Positions 1 through 10,063 of a stretch of 64,000 bases of DNA are shown one piece after another. Positions within the stretch are counted from its first letter, which is position 1, and each line of letters starts with the position of its first letter. Both the position numbers and the translations under genes were made by a program. The DNA is from Rhodoferax sp. (GTDB taxonomy: Bacteria; Pseudomonadota; Gammaproteobacteria; Burkholderiales; Burkholderiaceae_C). The stretch is from NCBI GenBank assembly GCA_019449595.1, contig JAGRPL010000014.1:246043-310042 (forward strand), written 5' to 3'. Under the pieces are notes generated by a model, which was given only the letters and a program-made list of their open reading frames with translations, made no database searches and was not told where the DNA came from.

Positions 1-1
1 C

Positions 2-700
2 CTGCGCATGAATCCAGTCACCAGCTTCGGCATCACGCTGACCGAGGCGCTGGCCCAGCAGTGGCGCACGTTTGCGCCCCACTGCACCAGCTTCGAAGCG
101 GCCTACGGCCTGTCGGAGACGCACACGGTGGACACCTACATGCCGCACGACGCCATCCGCTGGGGCACCCAGGGCAAGGCGGTTCCCGGCAACGAAATCC
201 GCATCATCGACCCCGACACCGGCGCCACCCGGCCCGCGGGCGAAGTCGGCGAGATCACCATCCGGGGCCCCGGCAATTTCAAGGGCTACTGGAACAAGCC
301 CGAAGCCACGGCGCAGACGCTGCGCAATGGCTGGGTGTACACCGGCGACATGGGCAAGGTCGACGCCGACGGCTACCTGAGCTTCATCGGCCGCTTCAAG
401 GAAATGATCAAGGTCTCGGGCTACAGCGTGTTCCCGGAAGAGGTCGAAGGCATCCTGTGCAAGCACCCGGCCGTGGCGCAGGCCGCGGTGATCGGCGTGC
501 CCGATGCCGACAAGGGTGAGGTGGTGCGCGCCTTCATCGTCTGCAAGCCCGGCCAGAGCGTGGCGCCCGAAGCGCTGGTGCAGTGGGCGCGCGAGAACAT
601 GGCGCCCTACAAGGCCCCGCGCGAGGTGCGCGTCGTCGAAGCGCTGCCGGCCACCGGCGCCGGCAAGGTACTGCGCCGCCTGCTGCGCGACGCCAACTGA
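2..700 (+). CDS. AMP-dependent acyl-CoA synthetase/ligase, C-terminal part (5' end outside window)
   Basis: The frame is open to the window edge. C-terminal AMP-binding hallmarks are 'WVYTGDMGKVDADGYLSFIGRFKEMIKVSGYSVFPEEVE' and the terminal 'PATGAGKVLRR'. Confidence 0.85.
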   Translation: MRMNPVTSFGITLTEALAQQWRTFAPHCTSFEAAYGLSETHTVDTYMPHDAIRWGTQGKAVPGNEIRIIDPDTGATRPAGEVGEITIRGPGNFKGYWNKPEATAQTLRNGWVYTGDMGKVDADGYLSFIGRFKEMIKVSGYSVFPEEVEGILCKHPAVAQAAVIGVPDADKGEVVRAFIVCKPGQSVAPEALVQWARENMAPYKAPREVRVVEALPATGAGKVLRRLLRDAN

Positions 701-716
701 AAATTGCAGTGAAAAC

Positions 717-751
717 AGCTTTCTGCCCAGGTACTACCTGCGCAGAAAGCT
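717..751 (+). terminator. Stem-loop downstream of the ligase gene (possible intrinsic terminator)
   Basis: A 10-bp inverted repeat, 'agctttctgc'...'gcagaaagct', is followed by 'atgactttt'. The T-tract is weak. Confidence 0.35.
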
Positions 752-797
752 ATGACTTTTGTAGCAGCTCCATCTTCCTTTTGCAAAGACCCACGGC

Positions 798-3700
798 ATG
801 ACCTCCTCCTTCCTGTTCACCAAAGTCCTGGTCGCCAACCGCGGCGAAGTGGCGCTGCGCATCGTGCGCGCGCTGCACGACCTGGGCATTGCCAGCGTGG
901 CCGTGTACGCCCCGGACGACGCGCAGTCGGCCCATGTGGCCGCCGCCGACGCCGCCGTGCCCCTGTCGGCCAGCGGCCCTGCGGCCTACCTGGACGCCGC
1001 GCAGCTGCTGGCCATTGCGCGCCAGACCGACTGCGACGCGGTGCACCCGGGCTACGGCTTCCTGAGCGAGCGCGCCGACTTTGCCCAGGCCTGCCACGCC
1101 GCGGGCCTGCGCTTCATCGGCCCCACGCCCGAGCAGCTGCAGCGTTTTGGCGACAAGGCCAGCGCCCGTGCGCTGGCGCAGCAGTGCAGCGTGCCGCTCA
1201 TGCCCGGCAGCGCCGGCGCGGTCACGCTGGAGGAGGCGCAGGCCTTCCTGGCAGCACAGGGCGGTGCGGGCATGATGGTCAAGGCCCTTGGCGGCGGCGG
1301 CGGGCGCGGCATGCGGGCCGTGCACACCAGCGCCGACCTGCCCGCTGCCTATGCGCGCTGCCGCTCCGAGGCGCTGGCCGCCTTTGGCGTGGAGGGCGTG
1401 TATGTGGAGCGCCTGATGACCGGCGCGCGCCACGTGGAGGTGCAGGTGCTGGGCGACGGCCACACCGTGGTGGCGCTGGGCGAGCGGGAATGCACGCTGC
1501 AACGGCGTTTCCAGAAACTGGTGGAAATCGCACCCAGCCCGTCGCTGCCCGACGCGCTGCGCCAGGCGCTCACCGACGCCGCCCTGCGCATGGCGCAGGC
1601 GGTGCGTTACGAAGGCCTGGGCACCTTCGAGTTTCTGGTCGACCTGGCCTCCAACGACCTGCCCTTTGTCTTCATCGAAGCCAACCCCCGTCTGCAGGTG
1701 GAGCACACCGTCACCGAGGAGGTGACGGGGCTGGACCTGGTGCAACTGCAGATCCAGGTGGCCGGCGGACGTCGGCTGGCCGACCTGGGGCTTGACGCCG
1801 CCCATCCGCCACAGCCGCAGGGTTTTGCCATCCAGTGGCGCATCAACGCCGAAACGCTGGATGCCCAGGGCAACGCGCACGCCGGCGGCGGCACGCTCAG
1901 CCGCCTGGACCTGCCCGCCGGGCCCGGCGTGCGGGTGGACACGCACGCGGTGGCCGGCACCACGCCGTCGCCGCACTACGACACGCTGCTGGCCAAGCTG
2001 ATCGTGTCCTCGCGCAGCACCCGCTTTGCCGATGTGCTGCGCCGCTCGCAACGCGCGCTGGCCGAGTGCCACATCACAGGTGTGGCCACCAACCTGGCGC
2101 TGCTGCGCGCCCTGGCCGCGCGCCCCGAAATGGCCAGCCAGCAGGTGCACACCCGCTGGCTGGAGCAGGCGCTGCCTGATCTGCTGGACGCTATGAAAAA
2201 CAGAGCGGATGACGCAGGTTTTCCGCCAGCTGGCAGCCCAAATTCCCCTGAAAATACGCCCTCCGCTCACGCCCCGGTGGACCCGCATGCCGTGTGTGCC
2301 CCCATGCCGGCGCGGCTGGTGCAGTTCGCCGTCGCCGTCGGCGACGTGGTGGCCGCGGGCGCCGACCTGGCGGTGCTCGAATCCATGAAGATGGAGCATG
2401 TGCTGGCAGCGCCCCACGCCGGGCGCGTGCGGGCCTTGTCCGTGGCCCCCGGGCAATACCTGGCACAGGCGCAGGCGCTGCTGGTGCTGGAGCCCGTGGC
2501 CGATGCCCGGCTGGCCGACGCAGCCGCCACGCAGGCGGCGGACCCCGACCACATCCGCGACGACCTGCAGCGCGTGCTGGACCGGCACGCCTTCACACTG
2601 GACGCCCGCCGCCCCGACGCCGTGGCCAAGCGCCACGCGCAGGGCCAGCGCACGGCGCGCGAGAACATTGCCGACCTGTGCGACGCGGACAGCTTCATCG
2701 AATACGGCGCGCTGGCCGTGGCCGCGCAGGCCCGCCGGCGCACGCTGGAAGACCTGGTGGCCAACACGCCGGCCGACGGCATGGTGACCGGCATTGGCGC
2801 CGTCAACAGCGCGCAGTTTGGCGCCGAACAGGCCCGCACCGTGGTCATGGCCTACGACGCCACCGTGCTGGCCGGCACCCAGGGCATGCGCAACCACGCC
2901 AAGACCGACCGCATGCTGGGCATTGCCCTGGAGCAGCAGCTGCCGGTGGTGCTGTTTGCCGAAGGCGGCGGCGGGCGCCCCGGTGACACCGACATGCCCA
3001 TCGTTGCCGGCCTGCATGTGCACACTTTTGCCGCCTACGCGGCGCTGTCGGGCCAGGTGCCGGTGGTGGGCATTGCCGCGGGGCGCTGTTTTGCCGGCAA
3101 CGCGGCGCTGCTGGGCTGCAGCGACGTGATCATCGCCACCCGGCGCAGCAACATCGGCATGGGTGGCCCGGCCATGGTGGAGGGCGGCGGGCTGGGCGTG
3201 TTCAAGCCCGAGCAGATCGGCCCCAGCCACGTGCAGCACGCCAATGGCGTGATCGACGTGCTGGTCGAGGACGAGGCCCAGGCCGTGGCCGCCGCACGCC
3301 ATTACCTGTCGTTCTTCCAGGGCCGCACGCGTGACTGGAGCGAGCCCGATGCGCGGGCGCTGCGCAGCGTGGTGCCCGAAAACCGCCTGCGCGTCTACGA
3401 CACGCGCGCGGCCGTGGACGGCCTCTTCGACAGCGGCAGCGTGCTGTGGCTGCGCACCGGCTTTGGCAGCGGCATCCATACGGCGCTGGCCCGCATCGAA
3501 GGCCGCCCCGTGGGCGTGCTGGCCAACAACCCCATGCACCTGGGCGGCGCCATCGACGCCGATGCCGCCGACAAGGGCGCCCGCTTCATGCAGCTGTGCA
3601 ACGCACACGGCCTGCCGCTGGTCAGCCTGATCGACACCCCCGGCTTCATGGTCGGCCCTGACGTGGAGGAACAGGCGCAGGTGCGCCATGTCAGCCGCCT

Positions 3701-4097
3701 GTTCGTGACGGCTGCCAGCCTGCGCGTGCCCTATTTCAGCGTGGTGCTGCGCAAGGGCTACGGCCTGGGCGCCATGGGCATGGCCGCCGGCGGCCTGCAC
3801 GCGCCGGTGTTCACCATTGCCTGGCCCACCGGCGAGTTTGGCGCCATGGGGCTCGAAGGCGCGGTGCGCCTGGGCTTTCGCAAGGAGCTCGAGGCCGTGG
3901 CCGACGGCCCCGAACGCGAGGCGCTGTTCAAGACGCTGGTGGCCCAGCAGTACCGCAACGGCGAAGCCATGCACATGGCGGCCACGCTGGAGATCGACGC
4001 CGTCATCGACCCGGCCGACACGCGGGCCTGGCTGGCGCGCGGCCTGGCGTCGGCCCGCGTGGGGCCGCTGGGCACGCGGTGCGTGGACACCTGGTAG
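798..4097 (+). CDS. Single-chain multidomain biotin-dependent acyl-CoA carboxylase (biotin carboxylase + BCCP + carboxyltransferase)
   Basis: The N-terminus is an ATP-grasp biotin carboxylase ('KVLVANRGEVALRIVRA', 'GGGGRGMR', 'EANPRLQVEHTVTE'). A biotinyl domain carries 'VLESMKMEH'. A ~530-aa C-terminal carboxyltransferase domain carries 'DTPGFMVG'. Confidence 0.9.
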   Translation: MTSSFLFTKVLVANRGEVALRIVRALHDLGIASVAVYAPDDAQSAHVAAADAAVPLSASGPAAYLDAAQLLAIARQTDCDAVHPGYGFLSERADFAQACHAAGLRFIGPTPEQLQRFGDKASARALAQQCSVPLMPGSAGAVTLEEAQAFLAAQGGAGMMVKALGGGGGRGMRAVHTSADLPAAYARCRSEALAAFGVEGVYVERLMTGARHVEVQVLGDGHTVVALGERECTLQRRFQKLVEIAPSPSLPDALRQALTDAALRMAQAVRYEGLGTFEFLVDLASNDLPFVFIEANPRLQVEHTVTEEVTGLDLVQLQIQVAGGRRLADLGLDAAHPPQPQGFAIQWRINAETLDAQGNAHAGGGTLSRLDLPAGPGVRVDTHAVAGTTPSPHYDTLLAKLIVSSRSTRFADVLRRSQRALAECHITGVATNLALLRALAARPEMASQQVHTRWLEQALPDLLDAMKNRADDAGFPPAGSPNSPENTPSAHAPVDPHAVCAPMPARLVQFAVAVGDVVAAGADLAVLESMKMEHVLAAPHAGRVRALSVAPGQYLAQAQALLVLEPVADARLADAAATQAADPDHIRDDLQRVLDRHAFTLDARRPDAVAKRHAQGQRTARENIADLCDADSFIEYGALAVAAQARRRTLEDLVANTPADGMVTGIGAVNSAQFGAEQARTVVMAYDATVLAGTQGMRNHAKTDRMLGIALEQQLPVVLFAEGGGGRPGDTDMPIVAGLHVHTFAAYAALSGQVPVVGIAAGRCFAGNAALLGCSDVIIATRRSNIGMGGPAMVEGGGLGVFKPEQIGPSHVQHANGVIDVLVEDEAQAVAAARHYLSFFQGRTRDWSEPDARALRSVVPENRLRVYDTRAAVDGLFDSGSVLWLRTGFGSGIHTALARIEGRPVGVLANNPMHLGGAIDADAADKGARFMQLCNAHGLPLVSLIDTPGFMVGPDVEEQAQVRHVSRLFVTAASLRVPYFSVVLRKGYGLGAMGMAAGGLHAPVFTIAWPTGEFGAMGLEGAVRLGFRKELEAVADGPEREALFKTLVAQQYRNGEAMHMAATLEIDAVIDPADTRAWLARGLASARVGPLGTRCVDTW

Positions 4098-4134
4098 GCG
4101 GCACTTGCAGAGCGGGCAGGCGGGGTTCTGCGCC

Positions 4135-5532
4135 TCAAGCCCAGCCCAGCCCGTGGGCGGCCAGCCCGGCCAGCCCACACGCTGCAATCACGGGAATCAC
4201 GCCCTGGCGGTAACGCATCAGGGCCACGGCAGCAACGGCCGCGATCGCCACGGCCACCAGGTCCAATCGGGCAAGAAAAGGGCCCGATGACCCGGTCCTG
4301 ATGGCGATATGCGCCATGAAAAACAGCGCGAGGCTGGCGATCACGCCCACCACGGCGGCCGTGATGGCCGTCAGCGGTGCCGTGAACTGCAGCTTGCCGT
4401 GCGTGGACTCCACCAGCGGTCCGCCCGCCAGGATGAAGACAAACGAGGGCAGGAACGTGAACCAGGTCACCACGGTGGCCGCCAGCGCTGCCCCCACGAA
4501 CAGGGCGTCAGGCCCCAGCACCCGCTGCGTCCAGCCGCCGACGAACCCCACGAAGGCCACCACCATGATCAGCGGCCCGGGCGTGGTCTCGCCCAGCGCC
4601 AGACCGTCGATCATCTGCAGCCCGGTGAGCCAGTGGAACTGCTCCACCGCGCCCTGGTAGACATAGGGCAGCACGGCATAGGCGCCGCCAAAGGTCAGCA
4701 GCGCGGCCTTGGTGAAGAACCAGCCCATTTGGGTGAGCGCGCCGTGCCAGCCCTGCCAGGCCATCAGCACGCCCATGGGCAGCAGCCACAGGGCCAGCCC
4801 CACGCCCAGCACCCGGGCCAGGCGGGCGGGGGTGAAGCGGGCGTGTGCGGGCGGGGGCGTGTGGTCGCCAATCACGTACCCGCTGCGCGGCACGCCCGGG
4901 TGCGTGGCCCCGGTGGCGGCATGGCCTGCCGTGGCGCCGACGAACTGCGCCGGCACCCGGCGGGCGGCACCCCAGCCCACCACCGCCGCGCCGGCCACGA
5001 TCAGCGGGAACGGCACGTTCAGCACATAGATGGCCACGAAACTGGTCGCCGCAATGGCCCACAAGACTGGCGCGTCCGTGGGTTTGCGCAGGGTGCGGGA
5101 GCCGATGCGGTGGAGCGCCTGCAGCACGATCGCGGCCACGGCCGGCTTGATGCCGTACAGCACGGCAGCCACCCAGGGGACGGACCCAAACGCCACGTAC
5201 ACCCAACTCAGCCCCACCAGTAGAAACAGCGAAGGCAGCACGAACAGCGCCCCGGCCACGATGCCGCCGGTGGTGCGGTGCATCAGCCAACCGATGTAGG
5301 TGGCGAGCTGCTGCGCCTCGGGCCCGGGCAGCAACATGCAGTAGTTCAGGGCGTGCAGGAAACGGCTCTCGGAGATCCAGCGCCGCTGCTCCACCAGTTC
5401 GCGGTGCATGATGGCAATCTGCCCGGCCGGTCCGCCGAAGCTGATGAAGCCCAGCCTGAGCCAGAAGCGCAGGGCTTCGGCAAACGAGACGGTGTGGGTC
5501 ATGCCGGATTGCGCACGCACAGGCTCGTCCAC
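4135..5532 (-). CDS. chrA: Chromate ion transporter (CHR family)
   Basis: '[51 protein letters not shown]' is the typical ChrA N-terminal domain. The protein is polytopic and duplicated. Confidence 0.85.
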   Translation of the reverse strand: MDEPVRAQSGMTHTVSFAEALRFWLRLGFISFGGPAGQIAIMHRELVEQRRWISESRFLHALNYCMLLPGPEAQQLATYIGWLMHRTTGGIVAGALFVLPSLFLLVGLSWVYVAFGSVPWVAAVLYGIKPAVAAIVLQALHRIGSRTLRKPTDAPVLWAIAATSFVAIYVLNVPFPLIVAGAAVVGWGAARRVPAQFVGATAGHAATGATHPGVPRSGYVIGDHTPPPAHARFTPARLARVLGVGLALWLLPMGVLMAWQGWHGALTQMGWFFTKAALLTFGGAYAVLPYVYQGAVEQFHWLTGLQMIDGLALGETTPGPLIMVVAFVGFVGGWTQRVLGPDALFVGAALAATVVTWFTFLPSFVFILAGGPLVESTHGKLQFTAPLTAITAAVVGVIASLALFFMAHIAIRTGSSGPFLARLDLVAVAIAAVAAVALMRYRQGVIPVIAACGLAGLAAHGLGWA

Positions 5533-5545
5533 CCCGTGGCGCCGG

Positions 5546-7111
5546 TCAGCGCGCCAACGTCAACGCCGCGGACGGCGGCAGGGTGAACTTGCCCACCAGC
5601 TGTTCCAGCACTGCAGCCTGCTCCCGCATGGACGATGCGGCGGCCGCGCTTTGCTCCACCAGGGCGGCGTTTTGCTGCGTCATCTGCTCCAGTTCGACCA
5701 CGGTGGCCGACACCTGGTGCATGTCGCTGCTTTGCGCGGTGCTGCTGGCCGTGATCTGCTCGATGATGCCGGTCACGCGCTGCACCGAATGCACGATGTC
5801 CTGCATGGTCTGACCCGCCTGATCCACCAGCTGGGTGCCCACTTCCACATTGGAGACCGAGGCGCCGATCAAGTCCTTGACCTCCTTGGCTGCCGCGGCC
5901 GAGCGCCCGGCCAGACTGCGCACTTCGCTGGCCACCACGGCAAAACCGCGTCCCTGCTCGCCGGCGCGGGCCGCTTCCACGGCCGCGTTCAACGCCAGGA
6001 TGTTGGTCTGGAACGCAATGCCGTCGATCACGCTGATGATGTCCACAATCTTCTTGGACGACCCATCAATCTGGTGCATGGTCTCCACCACCTTGGCTAC
6101 CGACTGGCCACCGCTTTCCGCCACGGTAAAAGCCGAGCCGGCCAGCTGATTGGCCTGGCGGGCGGCGTCTGCAGACTGGCGCACGGAGCCGCTGAGGCTG
6201 TCCATGGAGGCGGCTGCACGCTGCAGGTTGGCGGCGGTCTGTTCCGTGCGGTTGGACAGGTCGTGGTTGCCGTGCGCGATTTCCGTGCTGGCGGCACCGA
6301 TGCTGGTGGCCGCCGTGCGGACCTGCCCCAGCAAGCTGGCCAGCGACTGGGTCATGTTTTGCAGTGCACGCAGCACGTCGCCCATTTCGTCCTGGCGATC
6401 GCTGTGCGTGCTCACCCGCAGATCGCCGTCCCCGATGGCGCGGGTCACCCGCACGATGTCGCTCAGCGGGTCGCACACATTGCGCTGCAACACGCGCGTG
6501 CCCATGCACACCAGCGCGATGATGACCGCCATGATGCCGGCCACGGTCCAGACGGTTTTCAGGCGTTCGGCCCCGGCCTTGTCACGCAGGTCGGTGGCAC
6601 CTTGTTCCGCGAGGTGCACCAGACTCTGCTGGGCTGAGAGAAATGCGGCCAGCTGGGGCAGGGTGTCGGTCTTGATGTGCGCCTGCACGGCGGCGGCGTC
6701 ACCGGCCGTCTTCAGGCTCTGGGCTTTGTCCAGTGAGGCGGCCAGACCTTGTGCCTTGGCCTTGACCGCCTGCAGGGCGGTCTGCTCCGGGCCCTGCGTC
6801 ATCATGCCTTCCAGCGATTGCTCGATGCGGGCCATCTCGCGCTGTGCGTCCACCTGGCCGGCTTCCAGCAGCGGGGTGGCGCCGGCATCGGCATTGAGTG
6901 CGCTGCCAATGCCGCGCAGGGCCTGGGCCTCGCCCAGGCCGCTCCAGCGTGCCGCCAACTCCAGCTTGCTCTGCTGCTGCGACTGTTCAGCCGCCGTGAC
7001 GGCCTGGGATTTGACGGTGCGTACCGCCGAGCCGATGGACATGGCAACCAGTCCGAAACTGACAAGGATGGCGGGCATCCATATCTTCAATGCAATGCTC
7101 ATGGGCTTCAT
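5546..7111 (-). CDS. Methyl-accepting chemotaxis protein
   Basis: Conserved signalling domain '[39 protein letters not shown]' with an N-terminal TM segment. The start is placed at ATG 7111 because AAGGAG lies 9 nt upstream; the ORF-track start at 7120 abuts the SD. Confidence 0.9.
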   Translation of the reverse strand: MKPMSIALKIWMPAILVSFGLVAMSIGSAVRTVKSQAVTAAEQSQQQSKLELAARWSGLGEAQALRGIGSALNADAGATPLLEAGQVDAQREMARIEQSLEGMMTQGPEQTALQAVKAKAQGLAASLDKAQSLKTAGDAAAVQAHIKTDTLPQLAAFLSAQQSLVHLAEQGATDLRDKAGAERLKTVWTVAGIMAVIIALVCMGTRVLQRNVCDPLSDIVRVTRAIGDGDLRVSTHSDRQDEMGDVLRALQNMTQSLASLLGQVRTAATSIGAASTEIAHGNHDLSNRTEQTAANLQRAAASMDSLSGSVRQSADAARQANQLAGSAFTVAESGGQSVAKVVETMHQIDGSSKKIVDIISVIDGIAFQTNILALNAAVEAARAGEQGRGFAVVASEVRSLAGRSAAAAKEVKDLIGASVSNVEVGTQLVDQAGQTMQDIVHSVQRVTGIIEQITASSTAQSSDMHQVSATVVELEQMTQQNAALVEQSAAAASSMREQAAVLEQLVGKFTLPPSAALTLAR

Positions 7112-7236
7112 CGCACACATCTCCTTGGTGGTGAATTTCGATTTAACGATCGTTGATTGTTGGGGCAGTCCAACCGCCTGTATACGGCGGTTATTCCCTA
7201 GGACGAGCGTCTTGTCTGACCGAGGTCAACCGTTGC

Positions 7237-7824
7237 TCATCCGCCCTTAGCCAGCTGGTACACCGACGTGCCCGCCAGCAGATTGGGCGCCCAGCGCACG
7301 GTCTTGCCGTTCTGCAGACCGAAACTGTCGAGCACGCGCAGGCCGTTGCGCTGCGCCAGCGTCGCCAGGTCGGCGTGGGTGCCAACGCGGATGTTGGGCG
7401 TGTCGTACCACTGGTAGGGCAGACGCTTGGTCACCGGCATGCGGCCCCGCAGCACGCTCAGGCGGTTGGGCCAGTGGGCGAAGTTGGGGAAAGCCACGAT
7501 GCCCATGCGGCCCACGCGGGCGGTCTCGCGCAGCATGACTTCGGCGTTGCGCAGGTGTTGCAGGGTGTCGATCTGCAGCACCACATCGAAGCTGGCGTCG
7601 TCGAACAAGGCCAGCCCTTCGTCGAGGTTGAGCTGGATGACGTTGACGCCACGCTGCACGCACGCCAGCACGTTGGCGTCGGCAATCTCCACGCCGTAGC
7701 CGGTGCAGCCGCGCGTGGCCTGCAGGTGGGCCAGCATGGCGCCGTCGCCACAGCCCAAGTCCAGCACGCGTGAGCCGTGCGGCACCAGGCGGGCCAGGGC
7801 TTCCATGGTGGTGGTGTCGCTCAT
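7237..7824 (-). CDS. metW: Methionine biosynthesis protein MetW
   Basis: It carries the 'VLDLGCGDG' motif and is 195 aa. It overlaps the stop of the upstream metX (7821-7824), as in metXW operons. Confidence 0.85.
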   Translation of the reverse strand: MSDTTTMEALARLVPHGSRVLDLGCGDGAMLAHLQATRGCTGYGVEIADANVLACVQRGVNVIQLNLDEGLALFDDASFDVVLQIDTLQHLRNAEVMLRETARVGRMGIVAFPNFAHWPNRLSVLRGRMPVTKRLPYQWYDTPNIRVGTHADLATLAQRNGLRVLDSFGLQNGKTVRWAPNLLAGTSVYQLAKGG

Positions 7825-8975
7825 GCCGTGGCCTCCAGGGAACGCGAAATGCTATCGAAATAAGAGCTGACTACGCCCATGTAACGGGGATCATCGAGCA
7901 AAAAGGCATCGTGCCCATGGGGCGCATCGATTTCGGCGTAGCTGACGTCGCGCCGGTTGTCGAGCAGGGCCTTCACCATCTCGCGGCTGCGCTTGGGGCT
8001 GAAGCGCCAGTCGGTGCTGAAGCTCACCAGCAGGAACTTGCAGCGGGCTCGCGCCAGCGCCTGGCTGAGGTCACCGCCAAAGGCCAGCGCCGGGTCGAAG
8101 TAGTCCAGCGCCCGGGTGATCAGCAGGTAGGTGTTGGCGTCAAAGTACTCGGCGAATTTGTCGCCCTGGTAGCGCAGGTAGCTCTCGATCTGGAACTCCA
8201 CATCCTGCGTGGTGTAGTGGTAGGGGTCCTTGCCCAGCACCGCGTCTTTCAGTTGCCGGCCGAACTTCTCGTTCATGACGTCGTCGCTGAGGTAGGTGAT
8301 GTGGCCAATCATGCGCGCGATGCGCAAGCCGCGTTTGGGCACGGTGCCGTGGGCGTAATAGTGGCCGCCATGGAAATCGGGGTCGGTGACGATGGCGCGG
8401 CGCGCCACTTCATTGAAGGCAATGTTCTCGGCCGTCAGGTTGGGGGCACTGGCCACCACCACGGCGTGGCGCACGCGGTCCGGGTACTGCAGCGTCCAGG
8501 AGAGGGCCTGCATGCCGCCCAGGGAGCCGCCCATCACGGCGGCCAGGGTCTGGATGCCCAGCGTGTCGAGCAGCCGGGCCTGGGCGTTGACCCAGTCTTC
8601 CACGGTCACCACCGGAAAGTCGGCGCCGTACACGCGGCCATCGGCGGCGTCCGGGTTGGGGTGCATCGGCCCGGTGGAGCCGAAGCAGGAGCCCAGGTTG
8701 TTGACGCCAATGACGAAGAAGCGGTTGGTGTCCACCGGCTTGCCAGGGCCGATCATGTTGTCCCACCAGCCTTCGGATTTGTCCTGGCCGGCGTACACGC
8801 CCGCCACGTGGTGCGAGGCGTTGAGCGCGTGGCAGATCAGCACGGCGTTGCTGCGCTCGGCGTTGAGGGTGCCGTAGGTCTCAAAGCTCAGGGCGTAGTC
8901 GCGCAGCGCGGCGCCGCTTTGCAGCGGCAGGGCCTCCGAGAAATGCTGTGACTGTGGCGTCGCGATCAGTGTCAT
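7821..8975 (-). CDS. metX: Homoserine O-acyltransferase MetX (acetyl- or succinyl-transferring)
   Basis: '[18 protein letters not shown]' and the nucleophile elbow '[10 protein letters not shown]' are present. ATG 8975 ('[12 protein letters not shown]') is chosen over the TTG at 8993. Confidence 0.9.
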   Translation of the reverse strand: MTLIATPQSQHFSEALPLQSGAALRDYALSFETYGTLNAERSNAVLICHALNASHHVAGVYAGQDKSEGWWDNMIGPGKPVDTNRFFVIGVNNLGSCFGSTGPMHPNPDAADGRVYGADFPVVTVEDWVNAQARLLDTLGIQTLAAVMGGSLGGMQALSWTLQYPDRVRHAVVVASAPNLTAENIAFNEVARRAIVTDPDFHGGHYYAHGTVPKRGLRIARMIGHITYLSDDVMNEKFGRQLKDAVLGKDPYHYTTQDVEFQIESYLRYQGDKFAEYFDANTYLLITRALDYFDPALAFGGDLSQALARARCKFLLVSFSTDWRFSPKRSREMVKALLDNRRDVSYAEIDAPHGHDAFLLDDPRYMGVVSSYFDSISRSLEATA

Positions 8976-8993
8976 ATCCAACTCAAATCCCAA

Positions 8994-9028
8994 TAAAAAA
9001 CCCGGCGTCGCAAAAAACGAGGCCGGGT
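8994..9028 (-). terminator. Intrinsic terminator-like hairpin 18 nt upstream of the metX ATG
   Basis: The minus strand reads 'cccggc-ctcgttttttgcgac-gccggg' followed by 'ttttttatt'. It lies ~140 nt downstream of the UPF0016 gene stop. Confidence 0.55.
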
Positions 9029-9165
9029 GCAGGTATCGGTCCGTCTTTAGCTGTATTTATTAAGCGCCCGCAAGCTGGAGCAAATTGGCGCTGGGGGAAG
9101 TATAGCAACGGACCGGGCCGCCAGGGCACCCGGCCATCCGATGGCCACGGCAGACGTGGGGCCGG

Positions 9166-9729
9166 TCAGGACTGGGGCCACAGCGCCACCACCCCCAGCA
9201 CGGCAAATATGGCCGCCGAGACCACGTGGACCACGCGAATGGGCACCAATTTGGTGATTTTGTCGCCCAGCCAGACCACCGGCGCATCGGCCAGCATCAT
9301 GCCCGTCGTGGTGCCGGCCACCACCCAGATCCAAGCCTGGTACTGCGCCGCCAGCATGACGGTGGCGATCTGGGTCTTGTCACCCATTTCCGCCAGAAAG
9401 AAGGCCACCACGGTGGTGCCAAACACGCCAAAGCGCGGTGCGTCCGACGTTTCCTCGTCGTCCACCGTGTCGGGCACCAGCATCCATGCCGCCATGGCAA
9501 TGAAGGAGCCGCCGAGCACCCAGCGCAACATGTCCGGACCGACGACGCTGGTGAGCCAGGCGCCGATGGCACCGGCAATCGTGTGGTTGATCACCGTGGC
9601 GACAAAGATGCCCAGCACGATGGGCCAGGGTTTGCGAAAACGGGCGGCGAGAATGAGCGCGAGCAGCTGGGTTTTGTCACCCATCTCCGCGAGGGCAACG
9701 ATGCCAGTTGAAACGAGGAAAGCTTCCAT
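9166..9729 (-). CDS. UPF0016 (GDT1/TMEM165) family cation (Mn2+/Ca2+) transporter
   Basis: Two copies of the family signature 'AEMGDKTQ' in a 187-aa polytopic protein. The start is at ATG 9729 with GGAGA upstream. Confidence 0.85.
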   Translation of the reverse strand: MEAFLVSTGIVALAEMGDKTQLLALILAARFRKPWPIVLGIFVATVINHTIAGAIGAWLTSVVGPDMLRWVLGGSFIAMAAWMLVPDTVDDEETSDAPRFGVFGTTVVAFFLAEMGDKTQIATVMLAAQYQAWIWVVAGTTTGMMLADAPVVWLGDKITKLVPIRVVHVVSAAIFAVLGVVALWPQS

Positions 9730-9791
9730 GGTGGTCTCCGGCCGGATAAGAACCCATGACTGCACGACACCTCCGGCCTGACACGGGGCGT

Positions 9792-9925
9792 GCAGCCAAA
9801 GGTCTCGCCAAAGTCCACAGGATGGACATCGCTTGCGCCATGTCTGCCACATGCTGGCAAGACAAGTCTGTTGACGCAAGCCCCTCTCACCTAAGAAGGG
9901 CGGCTACTCCCCAATGACAGCCGCC
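9792..9925 (-). promoter_or_regulatory. Candidate yybP-ykoY (Mn2+) riboswitch in the 5' leader of the UPF0016 gene
   Basis: The minus strand shows, in order, 'UUGGGGAGUAGCC', 'GCGUCAACAGAC' and 'UUGGCGAGACCUUUGG'. These match the three conserved blocks of the yybP-ykoY aptamer as I recall it from the L. lactis structure (GGGGAGUAG / UUGACA / AGCAAGACCUUU). The flanks can form an imperfect P1. Confidence 0.65.
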
Positions 9926-9975
9926 ATTGTACCGGGTGCACGGTTTCGGGCCCCATCATTCGCTCCGCCCTCATC

Positions 9976-9991
9976 TGGCGCATTTATTGCT
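9976..9991 (+). promoter_or_regulatory. Candidate sigma54 (-24/-12) promoter for amt
   Basis: 'TGGCGC-attta-TTGCT' has canonical GG/GC spacing and lies ~70 nt upstream of the amt ATG. Confidence 0.5.
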
Positions 9992-10063
9992 TATTTTTGG
10001 TGCGGGTGCTAAAAATTCACCCGACACGCACCATTTCGCAGCGTTTCACACACAGAGGGTTAT

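Noticed and set aside
750-4187. A 1145-aa ORF on the minus strand
   Set aside because: It is antisense to the carboxylase gene, which has unambiguous BC/BCCP/CT motifs. The translation is Arg/Gly/Ala/His-rich with no motif, a typical high-GC shadow ORF. The same reasoning applies to the other long antisense or out-of-frame ORFs, for example 28815-30305, 33078-34196, 59942-62269, 21656-23233, 37266-39092 and 48578-50662.
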